Made by a program: the position numbers and the translations under genes. 64,000 nt of DNA, from the NCBI GenBank assembly GCA_019639135.1, contig JAHBSL010000019.1:33134-97133 (forward strand), in the 5' to 3' direction. This stretch comes from Acidobacteriota bacterium. GTDB lineage: Bacteria; Acidobacteriota; Blastocatellia; Pyrinomonadales; Pyrinomonadaceae. The stretch's first letter is position 1; the number at the start of each line of letters is the position of its first letter. This document shows positions 18,415 through 28,549 of this stretch, piece by piece. A model generated the notes under the pieces. It saw only the letters and a program-made list of their open reading frames with translations. It searched no databases and was not told the origin of the DNA.

Positions 18415-19404
18415 ATGCGTTACTTCATTCTATCTATTATTGTTCTCTCCGCGGCTTCCTCAATATCGGGACAAGCCGAGTGGCAACGGCTTGAAACAGG
18501 TACGCTGGCGTGGTTACGCGCGCTTCACTTCACAAATGAGGAATCGGGCTGGATCGGCGGAACGGCCGGCACCTTGCTTCGCACCGAAGACGGCGGCCGC
18601 ACTTGGCGTAATAGCGAAAGTCCGACCAAAGACGACATTCGCGACATTTACTTTAGTGATGCACGGCGGGGATGGCTTCTGTGCGAACGCGACATTTTTG
18701 GTCGCGGTGCGAACTCTCCTGCCTACATTCTCGTAACCAACGATAGCGGCGTCACTTGGGATCACGCAGAAGTCGAGCCAGGTCCGGAACGAATGTTGCG
18801 CTTCGTTGGCGGTTCGAACGGCGAACTCCGTTATGTTCTGGGTGAAATGGGCACGATGCTCAAGGCATCCTCTGACGGAAAAAGATTCACGCGTACCAGA
18901 CTTGCTGGACAGACGATGTTTTCGAGTGGAAAGATGCTGGACGCCAAACACGGGATAATTGTCGGCGGTATGGCCACAATCATCGTCACAGAAGACGATG
19001 GGGCGACATGGAACCCCGCTTCGGTCTCCGGCGGACTAACAGGTCTCGACGATACGCCAAGAAGAACAGGAAGGCTTAACTCAGTGTTCTTCCTTGACTC
19101 GCAAAAGGGATGGGCTGCCGGAAATGCAGGTACGATCCTGGCAACGGTAAACCGAGGGCGAAACTGGCGATCCGCAAATACAGGCACTGAAAGCGACCTC
19201 AACGACGTTCTGTTCTTGGATGAACAAAACGGTGTCGCCGCAGGCAACGATGGAACGTTGATCACAACCGCCGATGGCGGTGAGACTTGGAAAAAACAAG
19301 TTTCGGGCACCAAACATCGGCTCGAACGGCTTGGCACTGTCAAAGGGCGCATTTTTGCCATTGGCTTCGGCGGTATTTTGCTGACGAAGATCACCAGATC
19401 GTAG
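18415..19404 (+). CDS. secreted BNR/Asp-box beta-propeller protein (Ycf48 / photosystem II stability factor-like fold)
   Basis: Signal peptide MRYFILSIIVLSAASSISGQA. Five SxDxGxTW-type Asp boxes: TEDGGRTW, TNDSGVTW, TEDDGATW, TVNRGRNW, TADGGETW. Confidence 0.7.
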   Translation: MRYFILSIIVLSAASSISGQAEWQRLETGTLAWLRALHFTNEESGWIGGTAGTLLRTEDGGRTWRNSESPTKDDIRDIYFSDARRGWLLCERDIFGRGANSPAYILVTNDSGVTWDHAEVEPGPERMLRFVGGSNGELRYVLGEMGTMLKASSDGKRFTRTRLAGQTMFSSGKMLDAKHGIIVGGMATIIVTEDDGATWNPASVSGGLTGLDDTPRRTGRLNSVFFLDSQKGWAAGNAGTILATVNRGRNWRSANTGTESDLNDVLFLDEQNGVAAGNDGTLITTADGGETWKKQVSGTKHRLERLGTVKGRIFAIGFGGILLTKITRS

Positions 19405-19486
19405 GCTTTTTTATTGTAGATCGGGCAGCAGCTGATCTAACGAACGTTAGATCTTCAAAGATCCTATCGAGACCGGAGTCTTTATC

Positions 19487-20845
19487 TTGTTTAAAAAGGC
19501 CAGTCAGGAAAATTTAGAGGATATCCCGAAGAGCGAATCTCGTTCCCTTAGAAGCGAGGCCCCGTCCGAAGGACAATCTCTCACGTTTGCTTTCGTTGCG
19601 GCTTTTGCTTTTGCGGTTTATTTTCGTCCGCACGAATTCTATCCGAACACTCCTGTAGTCAATTCACTTCCGATGATCACCGCAGTGGGCGCTTTGATCT
19701 CATACCTCGCCGCCCAGATATTGCGGGGGCGTATCATCGGCATCTTGTCATTCGAAGTGAAATGTCTTTACGTAATGGGGGGCTTTGCACTTCTCACAAT
19801 TCCACTGGCTCGCGACCCAGAACTTGCATTGACAAGATTCAACGATGCACTGCTTCCACTTTTACTCATGTTCTTCGTAACGACTAATGTTCTTACGAAC
19901 TTGAGACGCATACGGATTCTAATGTACCTTGGCGTGGCGATCGGAATATATCTAAGCTATCAAACCTATGATCTTTACAATCGCGGCATCTTCGAGATCG
20001 AGGGTTACCGGGTTGTAGTGGATTATGGAGGTATGTTCGGTAACCCGAACGACATGTCTCTCCATTTAGTAATGTTCGTTCCGGTTGCGATCGGTCTTGC
20101 TTTGTGGACGAAGAATATTTTTTTTCGCGTCGTGCTTCTTTCGGGGGCACTACTAATGCTCATCGCCGTAACGCTCACACAATCGCGTAGCGGCCTGATT
20201 GGGATAGCGACGATCGGAATCGCCCTTTTGAGCCGGCTTGGAAGGGGGCAAAAGCTAAAGGCCCTGGCCGTGACCATCGGCGCTTTAGTTGTACTGGTTA
20301 TGTTCGCTCCGGGAAATCTCGGGTCGAGAATAGTTTCGATCTTCGACTCGTCCCTTGACGCATCAGGATCTTACAGTCAGCGCCAGGATGCCCTAACCAG
20401 GTCATTGCTTGCAACTGTGCGCAATCCTCTTGGCGTGGGGCTTGGGAACAGTGTCCTCTTTGGTCCGATGAACCTGGAAACTCACAACGCATATACGCAA
20501 GTCTCTTCCGAACTCGGTGTGATCGGATTTGCTGCTTATCTTGCAATGATCCTTTATCCGCTTCGTTCTTTATCTCGTTTAGAAAAAGAGTTATTCGCAA
20601 ATGCCGAGAATGACCGGATCTATTATCTCGTTGTCACGACCTGGGCAGCAATAATTGGATATTTGATTACTAGCTTTTTTGGTTCTGTTGCTTACCTGTG
20701 GTTTATTTACTATCCAATAGCTTTCGCGATCGGACTTAGAAGAATTATATCCGGCAGAGTGCAGAATAATGATACGGAGACCGCAGCCAATGAGACTTTT
20801 ACTGATCTCCGGCGTGGTCTGCCTGCTACCAAAGACCGGAACTAA
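19487..20845 (+). CDS. O-antigen ligase / Wzy_C family polytopic membrane protein (putative polymerase or ligase)
   Basis: At least 10 TM helices. The Wzy_C-type region TQSRSGLIGIATIGIALL is followed by a large loop containing NLETHNAYTQVSSELGVIGF. The TTG start is uncertain. Confidence 0.7.
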   Translation: MFKKASQENLEDIPKSESRSLRSEAPSEGQSLTFAFVAAFAFAVYFRPHEFYPNTPVVNSLPMITAVGALISYLAAQILRGRIIGILSFEVKCLYVMGGFALLTIPLARDPELALTRFNDALLPLLLMFFVTTNVLTNLRRIRILMYLGVAIGIYLSYQTYDLYNRGIFEIEGYRVVVDYGGMFGNPNDMSLHLVMFVPVAIGLALWTKNIFFRVVLLSGALLMLIAVTLTQSRSGLIGIATIGIALLSRLGRGQKLKALAVTIGALVVLVMFAPGNLGSRIVSIFDSSLDASGSYSQRQDALTRSLLATVRNPLGVGLGNSVLFGPMNLETHNAYTQVSSELGVIGFAAYLAMILYPLRSLSRLEKELFANAENDRIYYLVVTTWAAIIGYLITSFFGSVAYLWFIYYPIAFAIGLRRIISGRVQNNDTETAANETFTDLRRGLPATKDRN

Positions 20846-22015
20846 ATGCAACCAAATCTTTTCGCAATCATTATTTTTTGGCTGGGCGTCCTTAGCATCG
20901 TTTACGTTTACTTTGGATATCCGCTACTAGTATGGCTGGTACGTAACTTCAGGCCTCGGCCATGGATACGGAAGTCTATGCTTCCTACTGTTTCGATCGT
21001 GATCGCCGCAAGGAACGAGGAGAAACACATTCGCGGGAAGATCGAGAATACGTTTGCCATCGATTATCCGAGTGAAAAGTTGGAGATCATCGTTGTTTCG
21101 GATTTTTCCACAGATAATACAGATTTGATCGTGAAATCGTTTTCCGACCGCGGTGTTAAGCTGGTCCGACCGGATCGAAGAGTTGGCAAGACTGAGGCCC
21201 AGAATCTGGGAGTCGAGGAGGCTGAGGGCGAAATAATACTATTTTCCGATGCGACCACGAAATACCCTCCAAACGTTATCGAACAAATTGTCCCAAACTT
21301 TGCGGACAATACTATTGGGTGTGTCGGCGGGAAACTCACCTATCAGGATCCAAACCGAACTACCGTTGGTCGCGGAGCAAGCGATTACTGGAACTACGAG
21401 ACAAATCTAAAGGTGAATGAGAGTCTTGCGGGCTCTTTGATCGGTGTCTCTGGTTGCTTATATGCCGTACGCCGTACCGCATATAAGCAAATGTACCCGG
21501 AGGCTTGCTCCGACTTTTTGATCGCAACGATAATGCAGCGGCAAGGCCTTCGAACTGTTTTCGAGCCGCGTGCCGTTTGTCACGAAGAAACTAATGTTAG
21601 GGTCGATCAAGAGTTAAGAATGCGAACGAGGATCGCCGCCCAGACGCTTTCCGATCTTTGGTTGAATTTCGATATGATGAACCCGTTCAAGTCAGGTTTC
21701 TATGCGGTCTCGCTGATCTCGCACAAACTTTTGCGCTATGTGACTCCTTATATATTTCTTGTCGTTTATCTTGCGAATATCGTTCTCGCATTTAATTCCG
21801 CCTTTTATGCGGTAACGCTCTTGCTGCAAACTGCCTTCTGGTTGATCGGATTTGTGGGGCTTATCGTTTACTGGCGAAGCTCGAAGCGTTCAATATTTTC
21901 GTATCCTGCATATTTTGCTCTAATAACAGTGGCCTCGATAGCCGGGTTTCTCAAATTCATCGTTGGGGAGAAGTTCGAGAAATGGGAACCAACACGAGAG
22001 CAAACCAGTGACTAA
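20846..22015 (+). CDS. membrane-anchored glycosyltransferase family 2
   Basis: N-terminal TM, then VSIVIAARNEEKHIRGKIEN...IIVVSDFSTDNTD and ILFSDATTKY (DxD-like). C-terminal TM helices are also present. Confidence 0.85.
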   Translation: MQPNLFAIIIFWLGVLSIVYVYFGYPLLVWLVRNFRPRPWIRKSMLPTVSIVIAARNEEKHIRGKIENTFAIDYPSEKLEIIVVSDFSTDNTDLIVKSFSDRGVKLVRPDRRVGKTEAQNLGVEEAEGEIILFSDATTKYPPNVIEQIVPNFADNTIGCVGGKLTYQDPNRTTVGRGASDYWNYETNLKVNESLAGSLIGVSGCLYAVRRTAYKQMYPEACSDFLIATIMQRQGLRTVFEPRAVCHEETNVRVDQELRMRTRIAAQTLSDLWLNFDMMNPFKSGFYAVSLISHKLLRYVTPYIFLVVYLANIVLAFNSAFYAVTLLLQTAFWLIGFVGLIVYWRSSKRSIFSYPAYFALITVASIAGFLKFIVGEKFEKWEPTREQTSD

Positions 22016-22160
22016 ACAGAAGATCGGCCATATAACCCGTCACTTTGAAGACTTGATTTCTTCTCTTACGAATTTGTCGACCTGGTGGCGGAGATCTTAG
22101 CGATACGGTCCCTATTTGTATTTCGTGTAAGCGCTCATTTTTGCGATGTAGGCTCAGTCG

Positions 22161-23741
22161 ATGAAAGATAACCGAAAACCGCGGGAAGTGCTCTCGCTGA
22201 CGAGCCAAAGTTCGATCATTCTGGCTGCAAAGGTCTTTGGCTTTGTGCTGAGCTTCTTTCTGCCGGTCCTGATCGTCAGGTTCATGCCGCAGGATGAGGT
22301 CGGTGTTTACAGGCAAGTATTTCTCGTAATTGGTTCAGCAGTTTCCATCCTGCCCTTGGGAATGGGGATGAGCGCTTATTATTTTCTCTCAAGGGAACCT
22401 GAACTACGCAACCCGACCGTATTCAACATCTTCCTGTTTCTGTTTATATTAGGCGGGCTGCTGTTTGCCGGACTTAATCTTTACCCTGATGTTCTCAACG
22501 TGATCTTCCGACACGAAGAGATCGGCAAACTCGCCCCGCTCATAGCAACGGTCATTTGGCTCTGGCTGGTCGGTTCCTTCTTTGAGGTCGTCATTCTGGC
22601 AAACCGCGAGGTTTGGCTTGCCTCATTTGCGATTGTCGGCATTCAGCTTTCGAAAGCGATTTCGATGCTGCTTGCTGTGCTTATCGCGCCTTCGGCCGAG
22701 GGTTTTCTGTACGCCGCCATTATACAGAGTTCGCTCCAGTTCGTATTTCTTCTTCTCTATCTTCTAAATCGATTTCCCGAATTCTATTCGAGCTTTGATC
22801 CATCTTTTTTTCGAACGCACGTCGCATACGCTCTTCCTCTGGGCCTGGCGGGTATTCTCTGGGTTATTCAGACCGATCTTCACAATTACTTCGTTGGATA
22901 TCGGTTTACAGCCGCCGAATTCGCGATCTATGCTTACGGATGTTTCCAACTTCCGTTGATCAATCTGATGATCGAATCCGTCACCGCCGTAATGATCCCA
23001 AGGATCAGCGAATTGCAGTTGCAAAATGATAAGCGGGCGATAATCGAACTCAGTGGGCGCTCGATGCAAAAGCTGTCATTGGTATTCCTGCCTCTTTATG
23101 CTTTTTTGGTCGTAACAGCCGAAACTTTTATCGTCACACTCTTCTCACGGGAATATAAAGAAAGCGTCCCGATCTTTCTCATTAACCTTACGCTTATCCC
23201 GTTTGCGATCTGGATCAATGACCCTATAGTCAGAGCTTACCCGGAACTGGGCCGATTCCTTTTGAATCTTCGAATCGGCCTGATCGTTGTAATGACCACG
23301 GTGCTTTATTTTGGGATCGAACGTTTTGGGCTTACAGAAATGATCCTCGTCGTTGTAGCGGTCGCCCTTGCCGAAAAAGCGATCCTGACCTTTGCCGTAC
23401 TTCGAAAACTTGAGCCCAATAGGTCGGATCTTGCTCTTTTGAAGCGACCGCTCCTAACGGTTTTTGCATCGGCCATCGCCGCAGGCGCAACTTTTGCAAT
23501 TCACCGACCGTTTGCGAACTCCGCTCAGGCAAAGCTCCTTGGATTCCTGACTTCGGGATTGCCGGACATTTCTGTTTCCTTTGCCGACACTCTTTCAAAT
23601 GCCATCGTATTCCTGGCGTCCGCGGCCATTTTCCTTCCAGTATATGCGACGGCTATCATAAAACTGGGTCTCGTCAATCTGCCTTCTATCGATCGGAGAG
23701 GCCTGCTACGCGAACGTTTCGGAAGATTCTGGCCGTTTTAG
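22161..23741 (+). CDS. oligosaccharide flippase (Wzx / MOP superfamily polysaccharide biosynthesis protein)
   Basis: 526 aa with about 14 TM helices and a Wzx-like N-terminus (SSIILAAKVFGFVLSFFLPVLIVRFMPQDEVGVY). The position within the Wzy-type locus is consistent. Confidence 0.75.
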   Translation: MKDNRKPREVLSLTSQSSIILAAKVFGFVLSFFLPVLIVRFMPQDEVGVYRQVFLVIGSAVSILPLGMGMSAYYFLSREPELRNPTVFNIFLFLFILGGLLFAGLNLYPDVLNVIFRHEEIGKLAPLIATVIWLWLVGSFFEVVILANREVWLASFAIVGIQLSKAISMLLAVLIAPSAEGFLYAAIIQSSLQFVFLLLYLLNRFPEFYSSFDPSFFRTHVAYALPLGLAGILWVIQTDLHNYFVGYRFTAAEFAIYAYGCFQLPLINLMIESVTAVMIPRISELQLQNDKRAIIELSGRSMQKLSLVFLPLYAFLVVTAETFIVTLFSREYKESVPIFLINLTLIPFAIWINDPIVRAYPELGRFLLNLRIGLIVVMTTVLYFGIERFGLTEMILVVVAVALAEKAILTFAVLRKLEPNRSDLALLKRPLLTVFASAIAAGATFAIHRPFANSAQAKLLGFLTSGLPDISVSFADTLSNAIVFLASAAIFLPVYATAIIKLGLVNLPSIDRRGLLRERFGRFWPF

Positions 23742-23746
23742 GGAGA

Positions 23747-25204
23747 CTATGAGGTGACCCCGAGTCGTTCGAGTTGAAGCAGCCCTGTCGCGATCTCAAG
23801 ATATGAAGCGACAGATTCCCGGGCAGTTGGCGAGATAAAAGCGGCGAGCTGCCTAGATGCAAAAAAGGCCCGATTCGTGATCTCTTCCCGACGAGGCTGC
23901 ATCGAAAGCTCTAAAAGTTGCCGGTGCAGAAGAGCTTCGGTTGCTTTATCGGGGCGGCTTTGTCGCTTTTTACTTTCATAGGGAATATCGGCATAGTCCG
24001 GGTATGCACGTCGGATAGTTTCAGTATGAAAAGTGTGGTCGAGAAAGTACTCGGCCGGTAATGAGACAAGAAAGTCGAATAATGTGGGCTCAAGATAAGG
24101 TGTAATGATGTTTGGAGTACTGCGAAGCAGTCGAAATGGACTTTGGGCTACACATCTGCGAGTTCGGTTCCAAAAATAGAATGAGCCGACCGGGTTCGGG
24201 GCGTCCGCGTGTTTTGCCAGTTCCACCTTCAATCTTTCTACCGCTCGTTCCCGAGAAAAACGCTTACGGGCGCTTGAACTAAGTAGTCTTGGGATATAAC
24301 CTTCCGGGCCCAGCACCTGTTCGGCTAACAGATCGAATTTCCCGTTACGGTAGTTATCCAGAATCTCTTGGTCAAGAAAAAGACCGGCCGAGAGCACGTC
24401 TCCTGCCAATCCGTCATAAATGTTCTCCCATCTATTTTTTGTAAAAGTACCGAGAGCCACGAACCAACCGTGTTCTTGAATTGCATACCCGGTCTCAACA
24501 TTCTTTAGACACTCCGCCTCAAAACGGCCCAACGTCTGTTCAACGATCTCGTGCTTTAGCTCCAAACGATCACAGACCAATCGGGCGACACTAATGTCTT
24601 CGTCATCGAGGCCCGGTCGCCGCCTGACGGTAAGACACCTATCAGGAACGAAGTTCCGCCTGACGAGCTCTAAAAGGATGTGTCGAGAATCTCGACCGCC
24701 GCTTAAAGGAACCGCGATCTTTCCGCTGCGAGGAGCCGATGTTCCGACCGCCTCCGAGAACAATCGTGCATACTCATCGATCGCATCGTCTCGCGAAATA
24801 TTGAGAATGCAGTTATTTACGGTAGGAGTCGAATCGATCTGCAAGACGCCATCGGTCCAGGTAAGCGTTGAATTTGGCGGAACAGCTTTAATGGCCGGAA
24901 AGAGCGTTTCGTTCGCAACATTACTGCCAAGCCGCAGAGCAAGTGCCACGTCGTCGTCGTCCAACTCGTATTCACCCGTCAGACGCAAGAGCAGATCGAT
25001 AGAGGGCGAAAGGGTGAAGCGATGTCCCAGATCGCAGAAATAAATCGGATAAATACCGTAACGATCATTCGCGCACCGTAGGGTGGTGCCGTCCCATTTC
25101 CATTCAACGTGAGCGAAAGAATCGGGGGTTCCGAGTCGAACTTCAGTTTCACCACTCACTTTAACTATGCCGGTAGAGCGATCTGCCGAAAAATAGGTAT
25201 CCAT
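23747..25204 (-). CDS. asparagine synthetase B-like PP-loop protein lacking the N-terminal Cys nucleophile
   Basis: PP-loop PLSGGRDSRHILLE. The N-terminus is MDTYFSADRS..., so there is no Cys2 and the Ntn amidotransferase domain looks degenerate. It is the only gene on the - strand in this part of the locus. It converges on the flippase with a 5-bp gap. Confidence 0.75.
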   Translation of the reverse strand: MDTYFSADRSTGIVKVSGETEVRLGTPDSFAHVEWKWDGTTLRCANDRYGIYPIYFCDLGHRFTLSPSIDLLLRLTGEYELDDDDVALALRLGSNVANETLFPAIKAVPPNSTLTWTDGVLQIDSTPTVNNCILNISRDDAIDEYARLFSEAVGTSAPRSGKIAVPLSGGRDSRHILLELVRRNFVPDRCLTVRRRPGLDDEDISVARLVCDRLELKHEIVEQTLGRFEAECLKNVETGYAIQEHGWFVALGTFTKNRWENIYDGLAGDVLSAGLFLDQEILDNYRNGKFDLLAEQVLGPEGYIPRLLSSSARKRFSRERAVERLKVELAKHADAPNPVGSFYFWNRTRRCVAQSPFRLLRSTPNIITPYLEPTLFDFLVSLPAEYFLDHTFHTETIRRAYPDYADIPYESKKRQSRPDKATEALLHRQLLELSMQPRREEITNRAFFASRQLAAFISPTARESVASYLEIATGLLQLERLGVTS

Positions 25205-25428
25205 GGATGGATGGCCGTCAGGCTCCTTTGAACAGGTCAGTGATTTCCTTTAAGCAGTATATCGATTTCCCGTCAATAAAACATCAAATCCATAGAATTT
25301 CCTTGCAATAAGCCGTGGTATCGCTTATTCTGCCCACTTAATCGAGAATTTTTGGGTTATTGTAACTATCATGCACAGAGAGTTTTTCCGTTGAGAGGGA
25401 AACGTCACGGAGAAATGTGAAGATCGAA

Positions 25429-26601
25429 ATGTCCACCGTCCTTGCTTTAGCTTTTATTTCCCTGCAAGAACTGTTCGAAAAAGGCCTGCGCCTTTGGTAC
25501 AGGCCTTTCGAGTCGTGGGAGGCTTTCATCGCAACACTTTCCCGCGGGCCGAGCGTATTTCTTTCTCTTGAAAGTAAAACCGGGCTTCTTTACCTAATTG
25601 CGGGTTTTTTGACCGCCCTCGCCGTTTACTACATTTACAGGCGCGAACTACCGGAGGAGTATCGGGGTTCTGCCCTTTCGTACATTTTTCCTCGTTCGAT
25701 ATACACGCATCCTTCCGCCATTGTTGACTATAAGTTTGTCGGATTTGATCTGCTCGTCCGTTTCTTTATCTACTTTCCGCTTGTCGCAGGGACCGGTCAA
25801 CTGGTTTACGTGATGCTCAATAGCTTCGAGGTCGATCTTAGTTTTGGACTGTTTGTTGAGTCGCATTATTACGTCAGGCTTGCGATCGTTACCTTGATCG
25901 GGATCGCGGCCCTGGATTTTTCAGTATTCTTCTCACACTACCTGCTTCACAAGATTCCGTTTTTGTGGCCGTTTCACGAAGTTCACCATTCGGCCGAGGT
26001 CCTAACGCCGGTAACGGTCCACCGAAACCACCCGATGGACGATATGGTCAATGGCATAGTGTATGGCGTTGTCGGCGGTTCGCTTGCCGCAACATACACA
26101 GCGGTATCCGGAAACGTGGTATCCGAACTTACTATCTTCGGATTGAACATCTTTACTTTCGCTTATTACATATCTGTATATCAGCTACGGCACTCGCATA
26201 TTTGGCTCTCCTACGGACCGATCATGAGTCATATCTTTGTCAGTCCGGCACAGCATCAAATACACCACAGTATCGACCGAAAACACTGGAACAAAAATTA
26301 TGGCTTTACCTTTGCGATCTGGGACTGGATGTTCGGTTGCCTTTATGTCCCGAAAGAGAGGGAAGAGATAAAGTTCGGTGTCCCCGAGGTTGATCCGGCA
26401 GATTTCTCAACCGTCCCGCGACTCTATTTTCTGCCATTTGCAAAGTCTTACCGTCGGCTAATAGCGATGATAAAGGCCCGGTCGCTCCGATTCGACTTTG
26501 ACGAAGTAGCTCAGTCCGCTCGGCTAGCGCAAATACCCGAGTCGGACGTAAATAAAGAACAACCGCTGACGGTGCGCACGTCTTATGCCCAACCAAAATA
26601 A
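25429..26601 (+). CDS. fatty acid hydroxylase / sterol desaturase superfamily membrane di-iron enzyme
   Basis: Histidine boxes HEVHHS, HSHIW and HQIHHS (SPAQHQIHHSIDRKHWNKNYG) after 4 TM helices. ATG 25429 or GTG 25417. Confidence 0.8.
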   Translation: MSTVLALAFISLQELFEKGLRLWYRPFESWEAFIATLSRGPSVFLSLESKTGLLYLIAGFLTALAVYYIYRRELPEEYRGSALSYIFPRSIYTHPSAIVDYKFVGFDLLVRFFIYFPLVAGTGQLVYVMLNSFEVDLSFGLFVESHYYVRLAIVTLIGIAALDFSVFFSHYLLHKIPFLWPFHEVHHSAEVLTPVTVHRNHPMDDMVNGIVYGVVGGSLAATYTAVSGNVVSELTIFGLNIFTFAYYISVYQLRHSHIWLSYGPIMSHIFVSPAQHQIHHSIDRKHWNKNYGFTFAIWDWMFGCLYVPKEREEIKFGVPEVDPADFSTVPRLYFLPFAKSYRRLIAMIKARSLRFDFDEVAQSARLAQIPESDVNKEQPLTVRTSYAQPK

Positions 26602-26667
26602 GAACGCTTCCGTGCTGACCCAGGATTTCGTTCTTTCCAGACCTTCGGCAGGCCAAGCTCGATAATT

Positions 26668-28539
26668 ATGTGCGGCATTGTCGGCTTCATTACTCCCGAA
26701 AGTTCGGTGATCTCTTTTGACCGTGGAAAGCTAATTCGCCGTATGTGCGATGCGATCGAGCATCGAGGTCCGGACGATCAGGGCACAGTTGTAAGAGGAA
26801 AAGCTTCATTGGGAATGAGGCGCCTCTCGATTATCGACCTAGCTTCCGGACACCAGCCGATGTTCACTGAAAATGAACGATATGCGATCGTCTTCAATGG
26901 TGAGATCTATAATTACCGAGATCTGAAAGTCGATCTTGAATCGAAGGGCTATCATTTTCGCACTAACTCTGACACGGAAACTATCCTCCATGCATTCGAA
27001 GAGTACGGATCAGAGTGTGTCCAACACCTTCGTGGGATGTTCGCTTTTGCGATCTGGGACTTTGAGGGCGAAGAACTTTTCCTGGCTCGCGACCGGGTCG
27101 GCAAGAAACCTCTTTTCTATGCGAAACTTCCAGACGGATCTTTTGTCTTTGGGTCGGAGATCAAGTCGATGCTTTTGCATCCAAATATCGTAAAAGATAT
27201 AGATACAAGGGCTTTGGACAGCTATTTGACATTTGGTTATGTACCCGAGAACCAGTGCATCTTCAGGGACATTCGAAAGGTTCAGCCCGGGTGTTTTCTG
27301 AAACTTTCAGGCGGAACTTACAAGGAAAGCCAATACTGGGCTTTCCCGTTGTCGCAAGATGCCGGGATTCCGCAGGACGATCTGATCGCCGAACTCCGCG
27401 AGACACTTGAGGAATCGGTACGTATCCGGATGATCTCCGATGTACCGCTCGGTGCATTTCTTTCAGGCGGGATCGATTCATCCGTAGTAGTAGGATTGAT
27501 GTCTCGGATCTCGGCAGAGCCTGTCAAGACGTTCTCTATCGGGTTCAATGAAGACACATTCAACGAACTTAAGTATGCACGGGTCGCAGCCCAACACTTC
27601 GACACCGATCACCATGAGTTCATTGTTACGCCTGATCTGGTAAGTATTGTCGATGATCTGGTCTGGCATTTTGATGAGCCATTTGCCGACCCATCTTCGC
27701 TGCCGACGTATATGGTCTCAAAGCTAGCCCGCGAACATGTGACCGTTGTGCTCTCTGGCGATGGCGGTGACGAGCTCTTTGCCGGATATTCGCGTTATCT
27801 CACATATTTGTCCAGATCGTGGAGCGACCGACTGCCCTCGACAGTGAAGCGTTTCACGAATTTTCTTGCGGATATCATTCCCGAAAATACTCCCGGAAAA
27901 TTTTTCCTCAATAATGTTTCGCTCGCCCCTATCGATCGTTACATTGACATGGTATCGCATTTCAATCGCAGCCGGCGTCAACGACTATATTCAAAGGCCG
28001 CCCTGGAACGGCTAAACGGTTCTTTCGGATATGGTGAATCGGAGTTCTCCTCCATTGCCTCGGCTAACTTTGCTGAAGACCCGCTGGGGCATCTTCTTAA
28101 GCTTGATTCGGTCACCTATCTTCCGAGCGACGTGATGGTAAAGGTTGACCGAATGTCAATGGCCAGTTCTCTTGAAGCTCGTGCTCCACTTCTTGACCAC
28201 AAGCTCATCGAACTTGCCGCCAAGGTGCCGACCAGTATGAAGTTGGAGGGAATTGAAACGAAGGCGATCCTGAAAAAGGCGGTAACGGGTCTGGTGCCGA
28301 ATGAGATACTCTATCGGCAGAAACAAGGCTTTGGCGTTCCTATCGTCGAGTGGATCAATCTGGAGCTTCGCGAACGCATCCGCGAGACTCTTTTGGAAGG
28401 GCGGGCAGCCCGAGAGTATTTCGATAGATCATATATTGAACATTTGCTTGATGAACATAAGGCGGGGCGTCGGGATCATGCCTATTCCCTTTGGCTATTA
28501 TTCATGCTTGAATTATGGATGAATCGTTACCTCCAATAG
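26668..28539 (+). CDS. asparagine synthetase (glutamine-hydrolysing) family amidotransferase, paralogue 1
   Basis: Starts MCGIVGF (Cys2 nucleophile). HRGPDD, LGMRRLSIIDL, NGEIYNY, PP-loop FLSGGIDSSVVV. 623 aa. Confidence 0.9.
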   Translation: MCGIVGFITPESSVISFDRGKLIRRMCDAIEHRGPDDQGTVVRGKASLGMRRLSIIDLASGHQPMFTENERYAIVFNGEIYNYRDLKVDLESKGYHFRTNSDTETILHAFEEYGSECVQHLRGMFAFAIWDFEGEELFLARDRVGKKPLFYAKLPDGSFVFGSEIKSMLLHPNIVKDIDTRALDSYLTFGYVPENQCIFRDIRKVQPGCFLKLSGGTYKESQYWAFPLSQDAGIPQDDLIAELRETLEESVRIRMISDVPLGAFLSGGIDSSVVVGLMSRISAEPVKTFSIGFNEDTFNELKYARVAAQHFDTDHHEFIVTPDLVSIVDDLVWHFDEPFADPSSLPTYMVSKLAREHVTVVLSGDGGDELFAGYSRYLTYLSRSWSDRLPSTVKRFTNFLADIIPENTPGKFFLNNVSLAPIDRYIDMVSHFNRSRRQRLYSKAALERLNGSFGYGESEFSSIASANFAEDPLGHLLKLDSVTYLPSDVMVKVDRMSMASSLEARAPLLDHKLIELAAKVPTSMKLEGIETKAILKKAVTGLVPNEILYRQKQGFGVPIVEWINLELRERIRETLLEGRAAREYFDRSYIEHLLDEHKAGRRDHAYSLWLLFMLELWMNRYLQ

Positions 28540-28549
28540 TCCAATAGCG

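Noticed and set aside
25338-25529. 63-aa - strand ORF upstream of the Cys-less AsnB homologue, considered as a lasso-peptide precursor for an AsnB-like cyclase
   Set aside because: It overlaps the 5' end of the hydroxylase gene on the opposite strand. No leader Thr at position -2 is followed by a Gly/Ala/Ser/Cys-1...Asp/Glu-7-9 core. No B-type (transglutaminase/RRE) protease gene is nearby.
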